From positions 1 to 40,585 of the IMG/VR virus record IMGVR_UViG_3300037518_000160: a stretch of DNA of 40,585 nt. One strand, written 5' to 3'. Shown piece by piece: positions 34,786 to 40,585 of this stretch; within the stretch, counting starts at the first letter, position 1; every line of letters starts with the position of its first letter. This DNA is from a virus (taxonomy: Duplodnaviria > Caudoviricetes). The notes beneath the pieces are model-generated. The model did no database searches and was not told where the DNA came from. It saw only the letters and a list, made by a program, of their open reading frames with translations. Position numbers and translations under genes: made by a program.

Positions 34786-34789
34786 TTTT
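34761..34789 (+). promoter_or_regulatory. PR-like sigma70 promoter
   Basis: TTGACT-17 nt-TATTTT, ending 7 nt before the cro ATG. Confidence 0.75.
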
Positions 34790-34796
34790 CCGCCCC

Positions 34797-35051
34797 ATGA
34801 CCAAACAAGAACGGCGGCGCCTGGCCGCTGCCCTGGAAAGGGCGGTTGAAGAAGCCGGCGGGCCGGCCGAGGTCGCCCGCTTTATCTCCGAGAAGTACGA
34901 GCCCATCACCGCGCAGGCCGTTTGGGCCTGGAACGGGAAGCCTTGCCCGCCTCGGCGCGCCGTACAAGTAGCCGCCGCCGTTGCTGCTCGAGGGGGTCGT
35001 ACATCCGCGCAGGACATTCGACCGGACCTATACGAGCCGCTCGCCGCATGA
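34797..35051 (+). CDS. cro: Cro-like (YdaS-type) HTH protein
   Basis: AVEEAGGPAEVAR...ITAQAVWAW...PPRRA...DIRPDLY. Confidence 0.88.
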   Translation: MTKQERRRLAAALERAVEEAGGPAEVARFISEKYEPITAQAVWAWNGKPCPPRRAVQVAAAVAARGGRTSAQDIRPDLYEPLAA

Positions 35052-35263
35052 GCCTTCGCGGCAAGGAAGTTCGTCCGTTCATCGGGCATACGTTTCACGA
35101 AAAGCTGGCGATTATGGCCGAGTTCAAGGACGACATGCAGCTCGCGGAACTCGCTGCGCGCATCCTCGAAAAAGGCATCGTGGCCGAGTGGCATGAGATC
35201 AGCGTACTGATAGAGCGTTCCGAGCGCCTCGGAAAGCGTTGGAAGGCCACGGAAACGAAATGA
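35048..35263 (+). CDS. Small regulator in the CII position
   Basis: MSLRGKEVRP..., ATGA-coupled to cro; possible ribbon-helix-helix. Confidence 0.55.
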   Translation: MSLRGKEVRPFIGHTFHEKLAIMAEFKDDMQLAELAARILEKGIVAEWHEISVLIERSERLGKRWKATETK

Positions 35264-35354
35264 CTTTCTCCAGCCGCCCGGGACCCTCCTTCCCCCACAA
35301 GGGCGTTTCCTCCCGGCGCCCATGGTGCTGGACCATGGCCGGGGGGATTTTCTG

Positions 35355-36425
35355 GTGAAGGCACATCCGGTCGCCAGCATCTTCCCGGCTATGGGCGAGG
35401 CCGAGTATGCCGCGCTCAAGGCGGACATCAAGGCGAACGGGCAGCGTGAGGCGATCTGGACGTGGCAAGGCCAGATCATCGACGGCAGGCACCGCGACAG
35501 GGCTTGCAGCGAGCTCGGCGTGCCGTGCCAAGCCCGGGAGCACCAGGGCGAGGAGTCTGGGCTGGTGGGCTTCGTCGTCTCGCTCAACCTGCACCGCAGG
35601 CATCTGAACGAAAGCCAGCGGGCGGTAGTGGCGGCGCGAATTGCGACTTTGCCGCAAGGGCCAAACAGGGTCACCGGAAAATCTGCCGGTGTATCGCAGG
35701 AGGAGGCCTCGGCCCTACTCAACGTAAGCGACCGGAGCATCCGGGACGTGAAGCGCCTTGAACGCGAAGCGCCCGAGTTGCTGCCAAAGGTGGAGGCCGG
35801 CGAGCTTTCCCTGAATGCCGCGGTAGGCGAGATCAAGAAACGCGAGCGCGTCGTCGCCATTACCAGCCAGAGAGATGAGCTTGCGCGGGCGCGACCCGAG
35901 GCACCGCTCGGCCTGTTCAACGTGATCGCCATCGACCCGCCGTGGCCATACGGTGAGGAGATCGACGTCACCGGCTACGACGCCATCGGGCATCGTGCCT
36001 CGAATCCCTACCCGGAGATGGCGCTTGAGGACATTACTGCCATCAAGCCGCCAGCCGCCGCAGATTGCGTGCTGTGGCTATGGACAACGCACCGCTTCAT
36101 GCGCCACGCCTTCCCGATCCTCGACGTCTGGGGCTTCGAGGACAAGGCCATCGTCACTTGGGCCAAGGACCGCATGGGCCTTGGCCGGTGGCTTCGCTCG
36201 CAAAGCGAGTTCTGCATCATGGCGGTGAAGGGTAAGCCGCCGATCACTCTCACGAACCAGACCACCATCGTCACCGGGCCGATGCGCGAGCACTCCCGCA
36301 AGCCCGACGAGTTCTACGCCATGGTCGACAGCCTGTGCCACGGCCGAAAGCTGGACTACTTCTCCCGCGAGAAGCGCGAAGGATGGGAGCAGTTCGGCAA
36401 CGACGTCGAGAAGTTCGCCGCATGA
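35355..36425 (+). CDS. ParB-like domain fused to an MT-A70-family adenine methyltransferase
   Basis: N-terminal IIDGRHR..AC, SLNLHRRHL; C-terminal IDPPW, LWLWTT, HSRKP. Confidence 0.9.
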   Translation: MKAHPVASIFPAMGEAEYAALKADIKANGQREAIWTWQGQIIDGRHRDRACSELGVPCQAREHQGEESGLVGFVVSLNLHRRHLNESQRAVVAARIATLPQGPNRVTGKSAGVSQEEASALLNVSDRSIRDVKRLEREAPELLPKVEAGELSLNAAVGEIKKRERVVAITSQRDELARARPEAPLGLFNVIAIDPPWPYGEEIDVTGYDAIGHRASNPYPEMALEDITAIKPPAAADCVLWLWTTHRFMRHAFPILDVWGFEDKAIVTWAKDRMGLGRWLRSQSEFCIMAVKGKPPITLTNQTTIVTGPMREHSRKPDEFYAMVDSLCHGRKLDYFSREKREGWEQFGNDVEKFAA

Positions 36426-36931
36426 ACTTCGCGGACATGCCTCAAGCCCAGAAGGGGGCTCTCGGCGAGGAGATTGTAGACGACTTCCTACGAGGGAAGA
36501 TGGTCATCCCTTATCGGCCACATTTCGATGGCGCGCACCCGTTCGACAGGCTGTGCGCAACGGCAGATAAGCGGACGGTGTTCATCGCCGACGTGAAGTG
36601 CAAGCCACAACGTAAGTTCTTCCCAGATACGGGCATCAACCTCAAGAATTACCACGAGTACAAGTTCATCCAAGGCAAGTACGGGTTGCGTATCTTCATT
36701 TTCTTCGTGGATGAGTCGGAAAGGAAGGTCTACGGGAATTGGATCGACCAACTTGAGGCCGACACGATCGTTGTTCTGCAAAGCGGCAAGCGCATTAAGT
36801 ATCCATTGCGGGGCGGCAAAATTATCTATTTCCCGAGGCAGAACATGCGTGACATTGCTGCCGTAGATGACGCGCGCGCGTTGAAACTAAAACAACTCTC
36901 TACCCGAAACGAGGCATACGTCTACGAATAG
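36422..36931 (+). CDS. PD-(D/E)XK nuclease-like protein
   Basis: KGALGEEIV...PFDRL...IADVKCK; ATGA-coupled to the MTase; lower GC. Confidence 0.65.
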   Translation: MNFADMPQAQKGALGEEIVDDFLRGKMVIPYRPHFDGAHPFDRLCATADKRTVFIADVKCKPQRKFFPDTGINLKNYHEYKFIQGKYGLRIFIFFVDESERKVYGNWIDQLEADTIVVLQSGKRIKYPLRGGKIIYFPRQNMRDIAAVDDARALKLKQLSTRNEAYVYE

Positions 36932-36939
36932 CTTGCGCG

Positions 36940-37114
36940 TGGGTGGACGACAGCGCGCGTTGGCAAAAGCGGTACTGGTTGTCAGGGGTGAAACACCGCA
37001 CATGGGGCTGGCGAAGCTAGCGGCCCTTCCCCGAAAAGGCTGGCGGGTGTCGAGGCTCCGGCAGAAGCGGAATCGACTGAAGGCCACCTAGTCTAAGGCT
37101 AGGTGCGCTCACCA
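36940..37114 (+). ncRNA. Structured non-coding element upstream of the replication gene
   Basis: At least four hairpins plus a terminal stem GGTGGACG/CGCTCACC within a 209-nt gap. Confidence 0.55.
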
Positions 37115-37140
37115 ACAGAGCGGATTAAAGGGCCAAGGGC

Positions 37141-37557
37141 ATGAAAGGCGAAGAAGGCTTCGACGAGTTCTGGAAAGCGTACCCGCGCAAGAAGAAGAAG
37201 GGTGATGCGCGGAAGGCGTGGCAACAGACGGCGCCGATTCGGCCGCCGCTTGAGAAGCTGATTCGTGCCGTGATTGTCGCGCGCGCGACGAAGGACTGGA
37301 CGAAGGACGACGGCGAGTTCGTACCGTACCCGGCGACTTGGCTTCGTGCGGAGTGTTGGGAAGACGTACACGATGTGGAGATAGACCGCGTGAGGGATGG
37401 CAAGGCGTGGCACGAGTCGGTGCACGGCATAGAGAAGCGGGCGAGGGAGCTCAACATGGAGTGGAACGCGCGTGAGGAAACCTTCCAGCAATTCGCGCGG
37501 CGGGTCAAAGCCGTCAGCGACTCAGGAAACGTTGTTCCCATTGGGCGGGCAGCGTGA
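37141..37557 (+). CDS. Replication initiator C-terminal domain only (O/DnaD-like helicase-loader-recruiting domain)
   Basis: FDEFWKAYPRK..KGDARKAW...FVPYPATWL...WED at the very N-terminus; in-frame TAA at 37126-37128. Confidence 0.75.
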   Translation: MKGEEGFDEFWKAYPRKKKKGDARKAWQQTAPIRPPLEKLIRAVIVARATKDWTKDDGEFVPYPATWLRAECWEDVHDVEIDRVRDGKAWHESVHGIEKRARELNMEWNAREETFQQFARRVKAVSDSGNVVPIGRAA

Positions 37558-37754
37558 CGCTGGACCAGGCGATCAAGTTGCAGGAGGAGCAGGCGAGGTG
37601 CGAGCTGGAGATGTGCTACCGGCTGACAGTGGAGGAGATAGTGGAGTACCTGCATTGGGCTCAGTCTCAATCGAGTGGTATGCCGATAAGCAGCGCGAAT
37701 ACCGAGAGGCTGGCGAGCGAAGTGCAGCGGCGTATTGGGCGGCGCGCGGGGTGA
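37554..37754 (+). CDS. Hypothetical protein
   Basis: GTGA-coupled. Confidence 0.55.
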   Translation: MTLDQAIKLQEEQARCELEMCYRLTVEEIVEYLHWAQSQSSGMPISSANTERLASEVQRRIGRRAG

Positions 37755-37789
37755 GGTGGCCGTGACTTTTCAACGAACAGGAGGTAGTC

Positions 37790-37981
37790 ATGTCATTCAA
37801 GTTCGAGATGCAGCAAGAAGTGCGACTCGTGCAGAGCGGAGAACACGGCGCAGTCATCGGGCGCGCGGAATACACTTTCGGGAACGAGAACCGGTATCTG
37901 CTGCGGTACGTTACGACGGACGGCCGACAAGTCGAAAGCTGGGAATCGGAGTCGGCGCTGCGGAATCACGTCCAAGCGTGA
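37790..37981 (+). CDS. Small SH3-like hypothetical protein
   Basis: FKFE..QEV....GE.G.VIGRAEY...YLLRY...W..ESAL; strong SD. Confidence 0.7.
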   Translation: MSFKFEMQQEVRLVQSGEHGAVIGRAEYTFGNENRYLLRYVTTDGRQVESWESESALRNHVQA

Positions 37982-37987
37982 TCTAGC

Positions 37988-38758
37988 GTGGCTGAGACCA
38001 CCGGCATCTCCTGGACCGACAGCACCTTCAATCCGTGGATCGGATGCACGAAGGTCGGGCCTGGTTGCGACCACTGCTACGCCGAGGCTCTGGACAATCG
38101 CCACCGCTGGCAGGGCGCTATGCATTGGGGCGTGGGCGTGCCGCGGATGCGGACGAGCGCGGCCAACTGGAAGAAACCGCTGGCGTGGAACGCGAAGGCG
38201 CAGGCTTCCGGCAAGCCGTGGCGGGTGTTCTGCGCGTCCTTGGCCGATGTGTTCGACAACGAAGCGCCGGACGAATGGCGCCGTGACCTGTGGGACCTGA
38301 TCGAGCTCACGCCGAGCCTAACGTGGCTTCTGCTCACGAAGCGCATCGGCAACGCCATCCGCATGCTGCGCACGAACGATTGGGCCGCGTCGACGCGCTG
38401 GAACGTCTGGATCGGCGCAACTATCGTCAACCAGGACGAGGCCTACAGGGATGTGCCGAAGCTGCTCGCCACGCCGGCGCGCGTTCGGTTTGTGTCCTAC
38501 GAGCCCGCCTTGGGGCCGGTGGACTGGAGGCGCTATCCCGGCATCGACTGGATCATCGTAGGCGGGGAAAGCACGCAGGGCGCGAAGGCTCGACCGTTCG
38601 ACTTGCAGTGGGCCTACCACACGATAGGCGATGCCGAGCAGATGGGGGCCGCGCCGTTCGTGAAGCAGCTCGGCAGTTGCAACGGATTCAAGGATCGCGC
38701 CGGCGCCGACCCGGCCGAGTGGCCTCTTGGCCTGCGCGTGCAGGAGTTCCCGAAGTGA
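37988..38758 (+). CDS. DUF5131 / phage Gp37Gp68 family protein
   Basis: ISWTDSTFNPWIGCTKVGPGCDHCYAE, LLLTKR, SYEPALG, WIIVGGES, FVKQLG. Confidence 0.92.
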   Translation: MAETTGISWTDSTFNPWIGCTKVGPGCDHCYAEALDNRHRWQGAMHWGVGVPRMRTSAANWKKPLAWNAKAQASGKPWRVFCASLADVFDNEAPDEWRRDLWDLIELTPSLTWLLLTKRIGNAIRMLRTNDWAASTRWNVWIGATIVNQDEAYRDVPKLLATPARVRFVSYEPALGPVDWRRYPGIDWIIVGGESTQGAKARPFDLQWAYHTIGDAEQMGAAPFVKQLGSCNGFKDRAGADPAEWPLGLRVQEFPK

Positions 38759-39138
38759 TCGAGCGCCGCTTCATCATCGGCTCGGAGTCCGTGCGCCGGA
38801 ACGTGTCGGCCTTCATTGCCAAGCTGCCGTTCGAGAAGCCGGTGGAGGTATTCGTTCGTGACTACATCGAGAAGCGCAGCCTGGAGCAGAACGCTAGGCT
38901 GTGGGCGCTTCACAGCAAGGCCGGCGACTTCGTGGGCTGCACTGCCGAGGAGATGCACGAGGACATGCTGCGCATGGTGTACGGCTACAAGGAAGTCACG
39001 ATGCCTAGCGGCCACGTCGAGCGCGTCCCGTTGAAGCGTTCGAGTACCCGCAACCGCAAGGAGTTCGCCGAGTTCATGGAGAAGGTGGAGGCGTTCTATA
39101 TCGCCGAGCTGGGCGTGTACCTGGAGCAGGCGGCGTGA
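38755..39138 (+). CDS. ninB: NinB/Orf-family recombination protein
   Basis: KRSLEQNARLWA, RSS....EFAEFMEKVEA. Confidence 0.85.
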   Translation: MIERRFIIGSESVRRNVSAFIAKLPFEKPVEVFVRDYIEKRSLEQNARLWALHSKAGDFVGCTAEEMHEDMLRMVYGYKEVTMPSGHVERVPLKRSSTRNRKEFAEFMEKVEAFYIAELGVYLEQAA

Positions 39139-39440
39139 GTCCGACCCAGCGCACGCTCTTCTACTTGAGAAAGAAGGGCTACACGGCCGTCATCACGGAG
39201 CGCTGGAACTCGTTCGCGAAAATCCGGCAGGACATGTTCGGCATCGTGGACGTGCTTGCTGTCCGTAGCGGCGAAACGCTGGCCGTGCAGTGCACGAGCG
39301 CACCGAATGTGGCCTCCAGAGTCACAAAGATAGCCGAGCACGAGAGCACGCCGAGGTTGCGGGAGGCTGGCTGGCGCATAGAGGTGCACGGCTGGACGAA
39401 GGGCAAGCGCGGCGATCCGCGCATCGTGGATTGCTCGTGA
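39135..39440 (+). CDS. PD-(D/E)XK nuclease, Holliday-junction resolvase-like
   Basis: LRKKGY...DMFGIVDVLAV...LAVQCT. Confidence 0.7.
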   Translation: MSPTQRTLFYLRKKGYTAVITERWNSFAKIRQDMFGIVDVLAVRSGETLAVQCTSAPNVASRVTKIAEHESTPRLREAGWRIEVHGWTKGKRGDPRIVDCS

Positions 39441-39835
39441 TCGACGAAGCGGTGCGGCTGTACTCGAAAGCCCAGCGTGTGCCCGTCGATGTCGTCGCCC
39501 CACAACACGAGGACATTCACGCCGACCTTGAGAAATGGGGAAGGTGGAACCGTGAACGTACGGCGTCCCGTGGCTGCGCTTCCGCCGAGTCCGTGTACGA
39601 GAAAACCCGCACACCGGGCTCCACGGCGCACGAGGTGGATCTGAGAAGCGTGCAGCTTGAGCGTGCGGTGCTCAATGTGCCAGAGCCGTACAGGCAGACG
39701 TTGCGATTGTTCTACGTGCAGGGCATCAGTCCCTCAGCCCTGTGCAAGGGATTCTCCATGCGCCACGAGGCCTTCGCTGCGTGGATGTTCGCTGCCCGGG
39801 CGATGGTTGTAAACTTGCTGATGAGGCACGCATGA
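39437..39835 (+). CDS. Late regulator, antiterminator Q-like
   Basis: LEKWGRW N-terminus, C-terminal sigma-region-4-like HTH; position before the late promoter. Confidence 0.65.
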   Translation: MIDEAVRLYSKAQRVPVDVVAPQHEDIHADLEKWGRWNRERTASRGCASAESVYEKTRTPGSTAHEVDLRSVQLERAVLNVPEPYRQTLRLFYVQGISPSALCKGFSMRHEAFAAWMFAARAMVVNLLMRHA

Positions 39836-40026
39836 AAATTCGCATTTTCTTGCTGGACATGCAGGACACGGGCGAGCGCCGCACGCCGAGCGAGATTGTC
39901 GAGGAAATGGGAATCCGATATGCTCGATGGGAATCGCATCCTATCGCCGACCAGATTCACCTGATCGGCGTTGACGAAGGCTCGTTGCACAAGGCGTTGC
40001 CTTCCTATATGACGCTCGAGCCTTGA
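39832..40026 (+). CDS. Hypothetical protein
   Basis: ATGA-coupled. Confidence 0.55.
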   Translation: MKIRIFLLDMQDTGERRTPSEIVEEMGIRYARWESHPIADQIHLIGVDEGSLHKALPSYMTLEP

Positions 40027-40061
40027 CCGACAAGACACACCGCCCCTAGCGTCTCCAAGGG

Positions 40062-40090
40062 GCTTGATTCGCAAGCGATTGTGGTATAGT
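40062..40090 (+). promoter_or_regulatory. Late promoter (PR'-like)
   Basis: Extended -10 TG-G-TATAGT after the Q-like gene, followed by GC-rich hairpins around 40115-40165. Confidence 0.6.
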
Positions 40091-40267
40091 GGCGCCGACA
40101 ACTTGACCTAGCACCACGCCTACAAGCGTGTGAGCCAGCCCGGGAAGCCTGGGCGCCGGCTCATTCACCCCAGAAACCCATGAAGAAACAGACGCGCAGG
40201 CGCGCTCGCTTGTGCTCGCCCCCACATTGCCAGCGCATCACGTTGCAGACGAAGTGCGAGAGGTGCC

Positions 40268-40558
40268 GTGGCTTGGCCATACGATTTCCGCTGGCAGAAG
40301 GCGAGCAAGGCCTATCTGTGCACGCACCCATTGTGCGCAATGTGCAAGAAGCAGGGCAGGGTCACTGCAGCGCAGGTGGTGGACCACATCACCCCCCATA
40401 AGATGGACATGGTGCTGTTCTGGGACACCGATAACTGGCAGTCCCTGTGCAAGCGCTGCCACGACAGCCTGAAGCAGCGCATAGAGAAATCAGGGCCGGG
40501 CTTCGATGCCGAAGGCAATCCACTCGACGCCAAGCATCATTGGCGACGGGGGGGATGA
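40268..40558 (+). CDS. Terminase-associated HNH endonuclease (HK97 gp74-like)
   Basis: HPLCAMC, VVDHITPH, NWQSLCKRCHD; last gene before the cos/terS junction. Confidence 0.92.
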   Translation: MAWPYDFRWQKASKAYLCTHPLCAMCKKQGRVTAAQVVDHITPHKMDMVLFWDTDNWQSLCKRCHDSLKQRIEKSGPGFDAEGNPLDAKHHWRRGG

Positions 40559-40585
40559 GAAAACTTTTCGTGTTTCGCGCTAGAC

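Noticed and set aside
40095-40260. tRNA or ORF 40180-40401 after the late promoter
   Set aside because: No cloverleaf or T-loop consensus; hairpins fit a late leader; the ORF overlaps HNH and has no recognisable motif

Overview
The window looks like an essentially complete ~40.6-kb temperate, lambdoid, HK97-fold siphophage genome of a GC-rich Gram-negative host, probably a proteobacterium. It runs from just before terS to just after the packaging HNH gene. Gene order: terS-terL-portal-protease-major capsid; an inserted 7-gene sugar-modification cluster (Maf/sialyltransferase-like, GT-A, KpsS/KpsC-like GT-B, two SAM methyltransferases, a P-loop kinase, a ParB/Srx-like protein); a putative fibre module; head-tail and tail genes with a lambda-type GGGAAAG frameshift; an OM beta-barrel moron; a lysis cassette; a leftward early operon; a cI/cro switch with five 15-bp operators; an MT-A70 methyltransferase plus PD-(D/E)XK nuclease; a truncated replication initiator; nin-like genes; Q; HNH. 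Most unusual observations: (1) a candidate virion-glycosylation pathway inside the morphogenesis operon, with Ser-Pro motifs in many virion proteins; (2) no integrase, but a dif/cer-like Xer site inside the 3' end of the repressor gene; (3) a ~175-nt multi-hairpin non-coding element directly upstream of a replication initiator that lacks its DNA-binding domain; (4) a hairpin displaying an anti-Shine-Dalgarno loop at the end of the late operon. All family assignments come from motif recognition by eye; no searches were run.
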